Source: Bacteriovoracia bacterium
GTDB taxonomy: Bacteria; Bdellovibrionota; Bacteriovoracia; Bacteriovoracales; Bacteriovoracaceae
Length of the DNA stretch: 64,000 nucleotides
Assembly (NCBI GenBank): GCA_046570105.1
Contig: JBKHVI010000001.1
Coordinates: forward strand, 71,230 to 135,229
Reading direction: 5' to 3'
In this document: positions 17,173-28,060 of the stretch, piece after piece
How the letters are laid out: each line of letters begins with the position of its first letter
How positions within the stretch are numbered: position 1 is the stretch's first letter
Notes under the pieces: model-generated
The model's database searches: none
Told to the model about the DNA's origin: nothing
What the model saw: only the letters and a program-made list of their open reading frames with translations
Made by a program: the position numbers and the translations under genes

Positions 17173-18646
17173 TTATGTTGGGAACTTTAAATCAAACTTC
17201 ATGGTTGGCGATTGATCATCTAAGCGAAGGGCTGCACCAATATTTTTAGCGAGATTCTGAGAAACCGATAAACCTAATCCAGTTCCTTGCCCTGGAGGTT
17301 TCGTAGTAAAAAATGGCTGAAAAATTTTTGCCTGCAATGATGCTGCAATCATTGGCCCTGCATCAATCACAGAGTGTACGATCTGAACATTTTCTTTGAT
17401 TAATACAACTTCTACCCAACGATCAGTTATATCAAGCAGAGAATCTACTGAGTTATTTAAAAGATTGAGAAGAATCTGAGAAATGTGCACTGGGTTAGTT
17501 GTTATTCTATAGCCAGTACTAGGTAGCTTGATTCTAATCTCGTTCTTATTTAAACGTCCCTGACATAGATTAATTGTATCCTTTATCACTTCCAATAAAC
17601 TCGTTTCAGTCATCATCCGATTTGAAGATTCACGTGAAATATTTCGCATGCCTTGGACAATTGAAGCGATTCGATCGACCGTTAAACGAATCGAAGAAAC
17701 TGTTTCACTAATTTCTCTGTGATCAAGTTCCTTATCTTGTAATAACAACTCGAGTACTTGTGTTTTACCCGAAATAATTGTCAGCGGATTATTAATCTCA
17801 TGGGCGATCCCGGAAGCCATCTCACCTAGGGCCGTCATTTTAGCTGAAGGCTCTAGCGCGATGGCAGCTTCTGTTTGCTCTGTGATGTTCTCAGTGACCA
17901 ATGCCACCGTCAGACTTTCGCCAAGGACGGATAGACCATCGAAGCCAGATACGGCTGCCATCATCTCGTTCAAAAAGATCACGATCACTTGAAAGTTCTT
18001 CACCTCTTAGAGCTCGTTGATGAATATCTTTCCAGCGTTGAGGGATATCTGAAAAAATTTCATAATGAGATTTTCCGATAAACTCCTTATCTATGATTGA
18101 GAAATCTTTCAGCCATTTTTCACTCGCTGCTAAATATTTCATTTCTGTGTCGACCATCGCCGTAGCAGCTGGCATATCATTGATAAGGCGAAGAAGAAGT
18201 TTTTGGTCCTGCTCTGAAACGATACGGGCTTTCTCTGTTACATTTACATCTAAATGTGTCCCGGTAAAGCGCGTCGGTTTACCATTCTTATCTCGAGCAG
18301 AAATGGCACCGCGATCTAAAATATAAACCCAATCGCCATTGGTGTGCTTAAGGCGATGAATGTTTTCATAATTAGGTGTTTCACCCTCTAGATAGCGCCT
18401 GATATCCTCATAAGCGCGGGCCTTGTCGTCGGGATGTACAAGAGCGTCCCAGGTGCTTAAACGCATTTCTGTTTTATGTTGATCAAGCCCCAGCATCTCA
18501 CACCAACGACGGTCGAAGTGAACACTGTCTGTGGTAAGATCCCAATCCCAAATTCCAACACCAGCACCTTCAATGGCCAATTGAAGTCGCTCGGCAAGCT
18601 CCGTTGGATTAAGTTCATCAAGAAATGAGCTACGTTTTGAAGACAC
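17173..18646 (-). pseudogene. PAS-PAS sensor histidine kinase interrupted by a single frameshift near 17891-17905
   Basis: ORF 17891..18646 (two PAS domains, ends ..RKSDGGIGH*) and ORF 17173..18003 overlap in different frames. The second ORF reads ..ALVTENITEQTE, then HisKA GIAHEINNPL and HATPase GTGLGLS. Together they give one normal PAS-HK. Confidence 0.6.
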
Positions 18647-18699
18647 GGGTTATTTTAACCCGAACTGACTTATGGAACTTCTGATTTTTATCAGATTAT

Positions 18700-19548
18700 C
18701 TAACCTGACCAAACTAGTGAGCCGATCGCTCGACGAAGTTCATTAAGGCCATCCTTGCGATACCAGCCATCACGCGTAGCATTTGATAGTATGACGTGGC
18801 CCATCATTTTCTCAGCATCAATCCAAACAGAGGTTCCCGTGAAACCAAGATGGCCGAAAGTCTGAGTCGAACAACCGACGCCGGCCAGAGTCTCTTGAGG
18901 ATTTTCAACTCGATCCCAACCAAAAATAAACCGGTGCGGATGATTGGCCATACCTGTTTTAACGAGATTAATGAATTTTGATTCTTCTTCTAGCTTGAGA
19001 AGGGCTCGGCACACACCAGCAACAGTCCCGAAAAGACCTGCATGGCCACACCACTCTTTGATCACCCAGGCGTTAGGATCATGCACATCACCCTGAATGA
19101 CGTGATTGTTGCGCTCGCCGGTCGCAACACAAGCAGCATCACCGGGAAGATTGCGCCAGAAACACACTTCTTTATCCCAAATTTTTTTCAAAATTTCAGG
19201 CGTCGTCTTTTTGAATTTATTTTCAATTTCTAAATTGGCACGAATAGCAGAGTAATCAGAATAGAGAGTCGCAGCTTCTTTTGGGTGGTATGAATTTATA
19301 ATCTCTTTCCATCCGGGATTGGGAAGTAATCCCCAAGCAGGGAGTCCTGCACGATGCTCAATCAAGAGTCTCATCTCAGGAGAAAACTCTTTTGGATGAA
19401 GTGCATACACAGATGCCATTCCCAAAACTTTCGTCACTGAAGCTAGATCAAAATAAGTATCAGTGTGCCCGCAAGTCGTGAAACTTTGTTTCTTAAAGTC
19501 GATAACTCCCACCGCAAGTGCATCAAAGTGCACTTGTTGTGGGAGCAT
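18700..19548 (-). CDS. serine hydrolase, beta-lactamase/esterase family
   Basis: It has the SxxK motif (LASVTKV) and a beta-lactamase-fold-like C-terminus. The track start at 19641 overlaps ppdK by 64 nt, so I preferred the internal ATG at 19548; the start remains uncertain. Confidence 0.6.
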   Translation of the reverse strand: MLPQQVHFDALAVGVIDFKKQSFTTCGHTDTYFDLASVTKVLGMASVYALHPKEFSPEMRLLIEHRAGLPAWGLLPNPGWKEIINSYHPKEAATLYSDYSAIRANLEIENKFKKTTPEILKKIWDKEVCFWRNLPGDAACVATGERNNHVIQGDVHDPNAWVIKEWCGHAGLFGTVAGVCRALLKLEEESKFINLVKTGMANHPHRFIFGWDRVENPQETLAGVGCSTQTFGHLGFTGTSVWIDAEKMMGHVILSNATRDGWYRKDGLNELRRAIGSLVWSG

Positions 19549-19577
19549 CAGTTCAATCAAACGTTGAATTTCGGGCT

Positions 19578-22238
19578 TCAAGATTTCAGTGCTGCCTGAG
19601 CTGCTGCCAATCTTGCAATAGGAACTCGGAAAGGAGAGCAAGATACGTATTCAAGACCAATCTGATGACAGAATTCGACTGAGCTTGGTTCGCCACCATG
19701 CTCACCGCAAATTCCGGCATAAATGCTGCTGTTACCTTTTTTACCCTCTACTACGGCATGCTTCATAAGGAAGCCTACGCCATCGCGATCAATCGCCACA
19801 AATGGATCCTTTGGATAAATTCCACGGGCAGTATAGCTTGGCAAAAACTTACCAGCGTCATCGCGCGAAAGACCGAAGGTCGTTTGTGTGAGATCGTTCG
19901 TACCAAATGAGAAAAAGTCAGCCTCCGTCGCAATCTCACGGGCCATGATACAGGCGCGAGGAAGCTCTAGCATCGTTCCGACTTTGTACTTAACCTTGGT
20001 GCCTTTTTCTTTAAACACCAGTTCAATCTCGGCCATACATTCTTTCTTAATTGTAGCGTACTCACGCAATTCACTGGTGAGAGGAATCATGATCTCTGGA
20101 AGAGTTTTAATCCCTTGTTTCTCACACAAAATTGCAGCTTCAATGATCGCTCTCGCCTGCATCTGATAAATCTCAGGATAAGTGATCGCTAAACGACAGC
20201 CGCGATGACCGAGCATTGGATTGAATTCGTGAAGAGCGTTGTTGCGCTCATGAATGCGCTTCTCTGAAACACCTAAAACCTGCGCAAGCTCTCGCGCCTC
20301 ATGCTCCTGGTGAGGCAAGAACTCATGAAGAGGTGGATCAAGTAAACGAATATTGGCCGGCAATCCATTGAGTGCTTTAAAAATACCTAAGAAGTCTTCA
20401 CGCTGGAATGGCAGCAGCTTATCCAATGCTTTTTTTCTATCTTCTGTGGTTTCTGCAAAAATCATCTCACGAACTGCGAGAATGCGCTCAGGAGCAAAGA
20501 ACATGTGTTCAGTACGACAAAGACCAATGCCTTCGGCACCAAACTCGAGGGCCACTTTGGTATCGTGAGGAGTGTCGGCGTTAGTACGAATTTTGAGACG
20601 ACGAGTTTCATCGGCCCAGCCCATAAATTCAGCAAAGGCAGAAGAAATTTGTGCTTCGACTGTAGGGATCAATCCTTCAAACACTTCACCGGTCGCACCA
20701 TCAAACGTGATGAAATCACCCTCTTTAAAAGTTTTCCCTTTCACATTTAACGTTTTATTTTTTTCATCAATAACAAGAGGAGTACAACCCGCGACACAAG
20801 GCTTGCCCATTCCGCGCGCCACCACTGCTGCGTGCGAAGTCATACCACCACGTGCAGTTAGGATTCCTGTAGCTGCCGCCATTCCGCCGATATCTTCTGG
20901 TGAAGTTTCAGTACGAAGTAGCACTACTTTTTTCCCGCCTTTCGCCCACTCTTCTGCATCTTTAGAGTGAAATACGATATGGCCAGCTGCAGCTCCCGGA
21001 GATGCAGGCAATCCAGTTGCGAGCAACACCTTTGGAGCTTTAGGATCAAGGCGCGGATGCAAGAGCAAATTCAAATCATCAGGCGATACACGCAAAAGAG
21101 CATCTTTCTTAGTGATAAGCCCTTCATGAACTTGGTCAACTGCTACGCGCATTGCAGCCGCGACAGTGCGTTTGGCATTACGAGTTTGCAGAATATAGAA
21201 ACGGCCACCTTCGATGGTGAACTCGATATCTTGCATATCGCGATAATGCTTTTCTAGCATCTGATAAGTTTGCACGAGTTCTGCATAGGCCTTAGGCATC
21301 GCCGACTCGAGAGTCTTGAACTGCTTATTTTGATCGTTGGTTGAAACGAGATTGATAGGCCATGGTGTACGAATTCCTGCCACCACGTCTTCACCTTGAG
21401 CATTAATCAAATACTCACCAAAGAATTTCTTATCGCCGGTACTTGGATCACGAGTGAAGCAAACACCCGTGGCACAGTCTTCACCAAGATTTCCAAAGAC
21501 CATCGATTGAATATTGACCGCTGTTCCCCAGTCGTGAGGAATGTTGTTCATCTCGCGGTATTTCGTAGCACGATTATTGTTCCATGAATTGAAGACCGCT
21601 GAGACAGCTCCCCACAATTGCTCCATCGGATCTTGGGGGAACTTCACACCGTGTTCTGAAAGAAGAACATCTTTGTAAACTTGTACGAGTTCTTGTAAAT
21701 CGCCCGCTGTGAGCTTGGTGTCTTCATGAACACCGCGAGCTTCTTTTAAGTCTTCCAGTTGTGCTTCGAGTACACTTCCGCGAATACCCAGGACAACGTT
21801 TGAATACATTTGAATAAAGCGACGATAAGCATCCCAAGCAAAACGAGGATTGCCCGTCTTCTTTGCCATTCCCAAAACTGTTTTGTCGTTGGTTCCAAGA
21901 TTGAGAACAGTGTCCATCATCCCTGGCATAGAAGCGCGTGCGCCCGAACGAACTGAGAAGAGCAGAGGATTGGTTTCATCACCAAACTTCTTGCCAGTGA
22001 GACCTTCGACCCATTTGAGCGAGGCTTCGATTTGACCGCGAATTTCTGGTGAGATGGCCTTGTCGGTTTTGTAAAAATCAAGACATGCTTCTGTTGAAAC
22101 AGTAAAACCTGGAGGGACAGGAAGCTTCAGCGCACACATCTCGGCGAGGTTAGCCCCCTTACCGCCTAGGAGTGCCTTCATGTCTTTGTTGCCCTCGGTT
22201 AACTCGGCCGAAAACTTATAGACCCATTGGTGTGCCAT
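19578..22238 (-). CDS. ppdK: pyruvate, phosphate dikinase
   Basis: The 886-aa protein has the PEP-utilising phospho-His region GGMTSHAAVVARG and a PPDK N-terminal ATP-grasp (LLGGKGANLAEM). The C-terminal TIM-barrel motifs are FFSFGTNDLTQ and CGEHGGEP. Confidence 0.95.
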   Translation of the reverse strand: MAHQWVYKFSAELTEGNKDMKALLGGKGANLAEMCALKLPVPPGFTVSTEACLDFYKTDKAISPEIRGQIEASLKWVEGLTGKKFGDETNPLLFSVRSGARASMPGMMDTVLNLGTNDKTVLGMAKKTGNPRFAWDAYRRFIQMYSNVVLGIRGSVLEAQLEDLKEARGVHEDTKLTAGDLQELVQVYKDVLLSEHGVKFPQDPMEQLWGAVSAVFNSWNNNRATKYREMNNIPHDWGTAVNIQSMVFGNLGEDCATGVCFTRDPSTGDKKFFGEYLINAQGEDVVAGIRTPWPINLVSTNDQNKQFKTLESAMPKAYAELVQTYQMLEKHYRDMQDIEFTIEGGRFYILQTRNAKRTVAAAMRVAVDQVHEGLITKKDALLRVSPDDLNLLLHPRLDPKAPKVLLATGLPASPGAAAGHIVFHSKDAEEWAKGGKKVVLLRTETSPEDIGGMAAATGILTARGGMTSHAAVVARGMGKPCVAGCTPLVIDEKNKTLNVKGKTFKEGDFITFDGATGEVFEGLIPTVEAQISSAFAEFMGWADETRRLKIRTNADTPHDTKVALEFGAEGIGLCRTEHMFFAPERILAVREMIFAETTEDRKKALDKLLPFQREDFLGIFKALNGLPANIRLLDPPLHEFLPHQEHEARELAQVLGVSEKRIHERNNALHEFNPMLGHRGCRLAITYPEIYQMQARAIIEAAILCEKQGIKTLPEIMIPLTSELREYATIKKECMAEIELVFKEKGTKVKYKVGTMLELPRACIMAREIATEADFFSFGTNDLTQTTFGLSRDDAGKFLPSYTARGIYPKDPFVAIDRDGVGFLMKHAVVEGKKGNSSIYAGICGEHGGEPSSVEFCHQIGLEYVSCSPFRVPIARLAAAQAALKS

Positions 22239-22247
22239 GCTGACTCC

Positions 22248-23567
22248 TCAGAGATTAAATGTATCCTTCAAATATTTTTTTACTTGATCTAAAGCCACGC
22301 GCTCTTGCACCATCGTATCGCGATGACGAACTGTGACCGCTTGGTCAGTCAGCGTATCAAAATCAACGGTGATACAAGCTGGTGTGCCTGTCTCATCCTG
22401 GCGACGGTAACGCTTACCAATTGAGCCAGCCGTATCATAATCACACTTGAAATCTTTTTGTAATTCACGCAAGAGCTTCTCGCCTACTCCTTCGAGGTCT
22501 GGCTTCTTCATCAACGGCATAATCGCTGCTTTCACAGGTGCCAATGATGGCTTAAAGCGCATAACTGTTCTTTCTTTTTCAGCATCACCCTTGTTTTCCA
22601 AACGATAAGCATCAGAGAGAATTGCAAGTAAACAGCGATCTGCGCCGACAGAAGTTTCCAACACATAAGGAATAAACTTTTTGTTTCCGTCGAGCTGATC
22701 GACGTACATAAGATTTTTCTTTGAGTACTCCATGTGTTGTTTCAAATCGAAATCAGTACGAGAGTGAATGCCTTCCATCTCTCCCCAACCATGAGCAAAT
22801 TCATACTCAATATCAAAGGCAGCATCGGCGTAATGAGCAAGTTGTTCGTGTTTGTGGAAACGTAACTTGTCTTTTCTCAATCCCATTTCAAGATGCCAAT
22901 CCCAACGGATCTGCTTCCATTGCTCCATGGCTTCGGCTTGCGTACCAGGCTTGATGAAGTATTGCATTTCCATTTGTTCAAATTCACGCATCCGGAAAAT
23001 AAAGTTTCCAGGTGTAATTTCGTTACGGAAAGCCTTTCCAATTTGTGCGATACCGAAAGGAAGTTTACGGCGCATGGTTGATTGAACGTTTAAGAAATTA
23101 ACGAAAATACCTTGAGCCGTTTCAGGGCGAAGATAAATTTCTGCTGCAGATTCTTTCACTGCACCCATGTGAGTGGTAAACATCAAGTTAAAGTTACGTG
23201 GCTCAGTGAATGAGTTTTTTTCTTTGCAAGTAGGGCAAGGAGCCGAGAGATCAATTTGATCGGCACGAAAGCGACCTTTACAGGCTTTGCAATCGACTAA
23301 AGGGTCAGTGAAATTATCTACGTGACCAGAAGCTTTCCACACCATGGGATGCATGAGGATAGCGGCATCCACACCATCAACATCGTCACGGAAAGTCATC
23401 GAACGCCACCAAGCATTCTTGATATTATTTTTGAGTTCCACACCCAAAGGTCCCATATCCCAACAAGAGCCAAGACCACCGTAAATTTCCGAGCTCTGGA
23501 AAATGAAGCCGCGACTTTTACAAAGACTGACTAGTTCACTCATTGATTGGAGGTTTTCTTCTGACAC
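22248..23567 (-). CDS. glyQS: glycine--tRNA ligase (single-chain GlyQS type)
   Basis: It has the class II aaRS motifs SEIYGGL and [22 protein letters not shown] chose the start at GTG 23567 with AGGAGA 6 nt upstream. Alternatives are 23618 (track) and ATG 23543. Confidence 0.9.
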   Translation of the reverse strand: MSEENLQSMSELVSLCKSRGFIFQSSEIYGGLGSCWDMGPLGVELKNNIKNAWWRSMTFRDDVDGVDAAILMHPMVWKASGHVDNFTDPLVDCKACKGRFRADQIDLSAPCPTCKEKNSFTEPRNFNLMFTTHMGAVKESAAEIYLRPETAQGIFVNFLNVQSTMRRKLPFGIAQIGKAFRNEITPGNFIFRMREFEQMEMQYFIKPGTQAEAMEQWKQIRWDWHLEMGLRKDKLRFHKHEQLAHYADAAFDIEYEFAHGWGEMEGIHSRTDFDLKQHMEYSKKNLMYVDQLDGNKKFIPYVLETSVGADRCLLAILSDAYRLENKGDAEKERTVMRFKPSLAPVKAAIMPLMKKPDLEGVGEKLLRELQKDFKCDYDTAGSIGKRYRRQDETGTPACITVDFDTLTDQAVTVRHRDTMVQERVALDQVKKYLKDTFNL

Positions 23568-23635
23568 GTTGCTCTCCTGAAGGAATCTGTGAGGGTAATT
23601 TTGAGAAATTTTTACCATAATAGCGACCTTGGCGC

Positions 23636-25024
23636 ATGAGATTTCTCCAAGAGTTAATCTCGTCCCGAATAACCCGAGAAGTTAACACCATGAAAGACGA
23701 TAGGAACCCCGGCTGGCTCGAAAGCAGGTACTGGGATTTGTTTAATTTATTTGCTGCTCCAGGGCAAAAGCACCATCCGGTTCGTGCTTATAAACTGCAT
23801 TCCTTGCTGCTCACCTTTACGATTTCACAAATTTTCATGATCTTTTTTGCCGTCATCGGTGTTCGCTATATTGAATCTCCCGTGATGCTCTATGGTCCCT
23901 CTATCTGCGTAGCAGTATCTTGGTTTGGTTTGTTGGCCTATCGGCTATGGCACAACATGTTCTTCTCATCCAATCTCTTCTTGCTATCAGTCTCAAGCTA
24001 TATTTTTATCTTTTGTTGGTGCATTGATGGCTTCCGCCAAACAACTTTTGCATGGTTTGCCCTAATTCCCATCGCTGCAGGCATGTTAACGAATCGCATC
24101 TACACTTCGGCCTGGTCGCTAGTCGTAATTATATTAGCGGCGATTGGTTATTGGGCTAGCTCTGAGGGAATTGCTGTTAATTTGCTATCGCAGAAAGGTC
24201 ACATGGCATTGACCTTAATCCAGCAACTCGGATTTCTTTTTAGCATTGGTATTATTACTTTGTTTATTCTCAACCAACAAAAAGTTGTCTCTGATTATCT
24301 GCGTGAAAAAGTCGTCTCCAAGCAAAACCTACTGCGCATTCTGGTTCACGATATTTCAACTCCACTCACGATTATGCGTATGACGGGTCAAATGCTTGCT
24401 AACGGACAAAAAGTTGATCCGCGAATCGCTGGACTAAAAATCGACAAAAACGCAGAACAAATGACAAATATTATTAGTCTCATTCGGGATATGGAGAGCT
24501 GGGAAGCTCATCATAAAAGTTTACCCGCCACTCCGATTGAACTTGTCTCACTGCTCGATCAGGTTGTGGAACTTTACAATAATCGCCTTGTTACTAAAGG
24601 GATTCACGTCGCTAAATTTTACTCAAGCGAAGTTTATGTCTTAGGTCACGAAACGATGCTCGTGCATCAAATTTTTGGTAATTTACTGAGTAACGCCATT
24701 AAGTTTTCAAATCAACAAAGTCGCATTGAAATTGGTATCGAGCCACTCTCCGCCCATCAAGTTTCAGTCGTCATTCGTGACTATGGAATTGGGATTCCCT
24801 TACAAACACGTAAAGATCTCTTCGACCCTTTTGCTCTCACCATGCGCGCAGGAACTGCAGGAGAAAAAGGCACAGGCCTTGGACTTCCTATCACTAAAAA
24901 CTGTGTCGAACTTTTAGGTGGATTAATTGTGGTAACATCAAGAACAAAAGAAGAAAGTCCACAGGATCACGGTACAAGTATCACTGTTATCTTGAAGCGC
25001 GCGCCTCAGACTCAATCTCGCTGA
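23636..25024 (+). CDS. membrane sensor histidine kinase
   Basis: The N-terminal half is multi-TM. HisKA is [10 protein letters not shown] and HATPase_c is [10 protein letters not shown]. The alternative start is ATG 23690. Confidence 0.75.
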   Translation: MRFLQELISSRITREVNTMKDDRNPGWLESRYWDLFNLFAAPGQKHHPVRAYKLHSLLLTFTISQIFMIFFAVIGVRYIESPVMLYGPSICVAVSWFGLLAYRLWHNMFFSSNLFLLSVSSYIFIFCWCIDGFRQTTFAWFALIPIAAGMLTNRIYTSAWSLVVIILAAIGYWASSEGIAVNLLSQKGHMALTLIQQLGFLFSIGIITLFILNQQKVVSDYLREKVVSKQNLLRILVHDISTPLTIMRMTGQMLANGQKVDPRIAGLKIDKNAEQMTNIISLIRDMESWEAHHKSLPATPIELVSLLDQVVELYNNRLVTKGIHVAKFYSSEVYVLGHETMLVHQIFGNLLSNAIKFSNQQSRIEIGIEPLSAHQVSVVIRDYGIGIPLQTRKDLFDPFALTMRAGTAGEKGTGLGLPITKNCVELLGGLIVVTSRTKEESPQDHGTSITVILKRAPQTQSR

Positions 25025-26724
25025 GAAAGCTCATAGAGTTTACGATACTCACCGGCAGTATTCATCAATTCTTCGTGAGAGCCCTCTTCAACTTTTTTGC
25101 CTTCTTTGAGTACGACAATACGATCGTAGTTTTTCAAAGTTGAAAGTCGATGAGCGACGGCCACCACTGTCTTGTGTCCTGCCACACGCGCTAGTGCAGC
25201 TTGCACCGTTTTTTCAGACTCATTATCAAGCGCACTCGTCGCCTCATCAAACAACATGATGTCGCGATTCTTTAAGAATGCACGTGCAATAGTTAAACGT
25301 TGAGCCTGGCCTCCTGAGAGACGTAAGCCTCTATCACCAATAACGGTTTGAAGCTGCTCTGGTAACTCCAACACAAAGTCTTTTGCATATGAAACTTCCA
25401 ACGCATGAATAATTTCTTCGTCACTCGCTTCTTCGCCAGTTGTTAAATTTTCTCTTACTGTGTCGTTGAAAAGAAAAATATCCTGACTCACGAGTGAAAA
25501 CAGCTTACGCAAATCAGCTAATTTCCAATCGTTAATATTGACCCCATCAACTAGTATCTCTCCGCTACTAACTGGATAAAGTCGCAGTAATAAACTGACT
25601 AACGTCGACTTACCTGAACCGGAAAGACCTACTAGGCCAATCTTCTCACCCTTCTTAATTACCAGATTGAAGTTCTTTAAAACCTCACGATCGCCGTAAC
25701 TGAAAGATAAATTCTTGAACTCAATTTTTTCTTTAAAGCCAGCTTGGTGATGGCGACCTGTATCTGGCTCGATGGGAGTATCAAGTAGACTCAAGATACG
25801 TGTCGAAGCTGCTCGTGCTTGATTAAGCTTAGCACTGGCTTTACTAAATTTACGAATAGGATCCATAAACATAGCAAGGGCCGCCACAAAACTAATAAAT
25901 CCACCTGTGGTCAACTCTCCCGAGGCAATTCGGTGTTGAGCAAAGACAATAACACCGGCAAAAGCCACAGAACCGACGAGTTCAACTGCTGGATGGGAGT
26001 GCTCTTCTGCTGAGTTTGACCGCGAACGATTACCTAAGAAACGCTCTTGAACTTTTTCGAAACGCCCGGCGAGATAAGGCTGGAGCCCAAAAGCTTTGGC
26101 AATTCTTTGTCCTGTTAACGCCTCACTTACTGAGTGAGTCATGTCAGCAACATCTTTTTGCGCTTGCCCAATATACTTACGAATCCTTCTGCCAAGTCGA
26201 CCGAAGATGAGAGCAAAAATGGGTGAAGCCACTAAAATGATTAAGGCCAATTGCCAGTCGTGATAAAACGCAACGCTGACCAACGCGATAGCTGTAATAG
26301 GTTCGCGAATAATTTCTAGGGCGTTCTTGAAGGAGTCAGCGAACATATTCGTGTCACTCAAAAAAGTGGACACCAAATTGCCTTGCTTGGCCTGGGCGAA
26401 ATAGGAGGAAGGCATGGCCTGAAATTTGTTGAACAGCTGAGATCGAATGCTACAAGCGCATCGATCAACAATCATGCGCAGTCCGTAGTAATGAAAAAAG
26501 CGCAAAGGATAGTTAAGAATTCCTAATCCTACCAAGATAGCTGCTAGTTTAAATGCTTCGTCACTGGTTGAACCAGCCGAAAAACCTTTGTCAAAAATAT
26601 CCTTAACCAAATAAGCTTCGTAGGCTTTGATAGCCGACAAAGGCAACGCCAAAAGTGCAGCCGTTAACGCCTGCTTCCAAAATGGACGAAGGTATGGGAA
26701 CATAAGTTTAAGAACTTCTAGCAT
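25012..26724 (-). CDS. ABC exporter, fused permease/ATPase (MsbA-like lipid exporter family)
   Basis: It has a six-TM domain plus an NBD (GLSGSGKST, LSGGQAQR, MLFDEATSALD). The start at ATG 26724 avoids overlap with the divergent gmhB. Confidence 0.8.
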   Translation of the reverse strand: MLEVLKLMFPYLRPFWKQALTAALLALPLSAIKAYEAYLVKDIFDKGFSAGSTSDEAFKLAAILVGLGILNYPLRFFHYYGLRMIVDRCACSIRSQLFNKFQAMPSSYFAQAKQGNLVSTFLSDTNMFADSFKNALEIIREPITAIALVSVAFYHDWQLALIILVASPIFALIFGRLGRRIRKYIGQAQKDVADMTHSVSEALTGQRIAKAFGLQPYLAGRFEKVQERFLGNRSRSNSAEEHSHPAVELVGSVAFAGVIVFAQHRIASGELTTGGFISFVAALAMFMDPIRKFSKASAKLNQARAASTRILSLLDTPIEPDTGRHHQAGFKEKIEFKNLSFSYGDREVLKNFNLVIKKGEKIGLVGLSGSGKSTLVSLLLRLYPVSSGEILVDGVNINDWKLADLRKLFSLVSQDIFLFNDTVRENLTTGEEASDEEIIHALEVSYAKDFVLELPEQLQTVIGDRGLRLSGGQAQRLTIARAFLKNRDIMLFDEATSALDNESEKTVQAALARVAGHKTVVAVAHRLSTLKNYDRIVVLKEGKKVEEGSHEELMNTAGEYRKLYELSQRD

Positions 26725-26753
26725 GAGGTTGATCTTAAACCGCGGGGGCAGGC

Positions 26754-27272
26754 ATGACAAACAAAACCCCAAAAGCCATCTTTCTTGATCGAGACGGAAC
26801 TTTGATCCGTGACAAGAATTATCTATCCCGCGTTGAAGATATTGAATATTTCCCGGATACGTTTAAGGCCTTAAGCTTACTTCGCTCAAAAGGCTATCGA
26901 CTCTACGTGATTACCAATCAATCAGGTGTGGGTCGCGGCTTCTTTACTATGAAAGAGGTCAACGTTATCCACCGTGTCATGGACGCTGATCTAAAAGCCC
27001 AAGGTTTAAAAGTCTATGATGGTTGGGGCGTCTGCCCCCATGCTCCTCACGAAGCTTGCTCATGTCGAAAACCCCACCCGACCCTAATCCAAGATATCCT
27101 CACCAAAGAAAAATTGGTGGCCGATGATTGTTGGATGTTGGGCGATAAAGATATTGATGCTCAGTGCGGCCTGAACGCTGGAATCAATGGCGCCATCGTC
27201 AGAGCGAAGCCCAGCGAAGGTGACTACACCTTCTTCTCAACTCTTCTGGAATTCGCAGAAAGCCTAGACTAA
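26754..27272 (+). CDS. gmhB: D-glycero-beta-D-manno-heptose-1,7-bisphosphate 7-phosphatase (HAD-IIIA)
   Basis: FLDRDGTLI, VITNQSGVGRG and the zinc-finger-like CPHAPHEACSCRKP are all characteristic of GmhB. Confidence 0.8.
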   Translation: MTNKTPKAIFLDRDGTLIRDKNYLSRVEDIEYFPDTFKALSLLRSKGYRLYVITNQSGVGRGFFTMKEVNVIHRVMDADLKAQGLKVYDGWGVCPHAPHEACSCRKPHPTLIQDILTKEKLVADDCWMLGDKDIDAQCGLNAGINGAIVRAKPSEGDYTFFSTLLEFAESLD

Positions 27273-28060
27273 AAAAGCATTTTATAAGAAGTCACATCCG
27301 GAAGCTTTACCTGAAAGTGGTAGCACCAAAATTGAATCAAATGAGTATTCACAGCTTGAGGTGCACCCTGAATAGCTGTCCAATCTTGAAAACGAGTTCG
27401 AATGGCCAGCGATAACAACGCTCGAACCGGTAGATCTGTGCTCACTTCGGAGCCCGACTCTTTCACACAATTCATACAAGAGTAGCCACCTTGATCAACA
27501 ATCAATGGACTCATCACTTCTTCTTCAAGTTGACAGCCGCAATAAACACATTCCGATTCATCTGGCAAAATTCCCAGGTGTAATAAAAATTTGCTCAAGA
27601 AAAGCAGCAAATGATTTTCCCACTGAAAGTTTTTTTGCTGAAGTGCCTGATCAAGATGAAACAATCCATTGGAGACGACGTTAAATAGTCCCCCATGCTC
27701 TTGAGCGGCAAAGGTATTGTCGGATGTATGCGGGAGAGCTGTTTTAAGCACCATCTCTAAATACAAACAGGCCAAGGCAAAAGCTTGTGGATGATGACGA
27801 ATCTCTTGTGACTGCCACAAAAGAGTTTGCTCGCTCGCCATTTGCAAAGTTTCTAATGAAGTATGGCCGGAGCGCGCCTCACGTAACTGAACACGCAATA
27901 AATTGCCTGGTTCATAAACGCGTGGCTTAGAGTTTTTTCCGCCTCCCATACCACCATAAACATAAACACTCGTGATCGTCCCTTCACGCAACAGCATACG
28001 TGCAATGAGATCACGTTCTTTTTGCGGAATAATCTGAATGACAATCCCTTCCAGGGTCAT
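27269..28060 (-). CDS. recO: DNA repair protein RecO
   Basis: The N-terminal OB-fold pattern is GIVIQIIPQKERDLIARMLLREGTITSVYVYG. A C-terminal Cys cluster (CVYCG...CMNC) is typical of RecO. Confidence 0.7.
   Translation of the reverse strand: MTLEGIVIQIIPQKERDLIARMLLREGTITSVYVYGGMGGGKNSKPRVYEPGNLLRVQLREARSGHTSLETLQMASEQTLLWQSQEIRHHPQAFALACLYLEMVLKTALPHTSDNTFAAQEHGGLFNVVSNGLFHLDQALQQKNFQWENHLLLFLSKFLLHLGILPDESECVYCGCQLEEEVMSPLIVDQGGYSCMNCVKESGSEVSTDLPVRALLSLAIRTRFQDWTAIQGAPQAVNTHLIQFWCYHFQVKLPDVTSYKMLF

Noticed and set aside
17891-18003. Treating the two overlapping histidine-kinase ORFs as two genuine separate genes.
   Set aside because: The downstream ORF's N-terminal 37 aa are out-of-frame PAS sequence with no SD. 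The PAS domain is cut exactly before its terminal strand. A single frameshift explains both ORFs.
19698-21587. Numerous 60-130-aa plus-strand ORFs antisense to ppdK, and similar ones antisense to metK, glyQS, lepA, trkH and others.
   Set aside because: These are shadow ORFs inside strongly supported genes on the opposite strand. They have no SD sequences or recognisable motifs.
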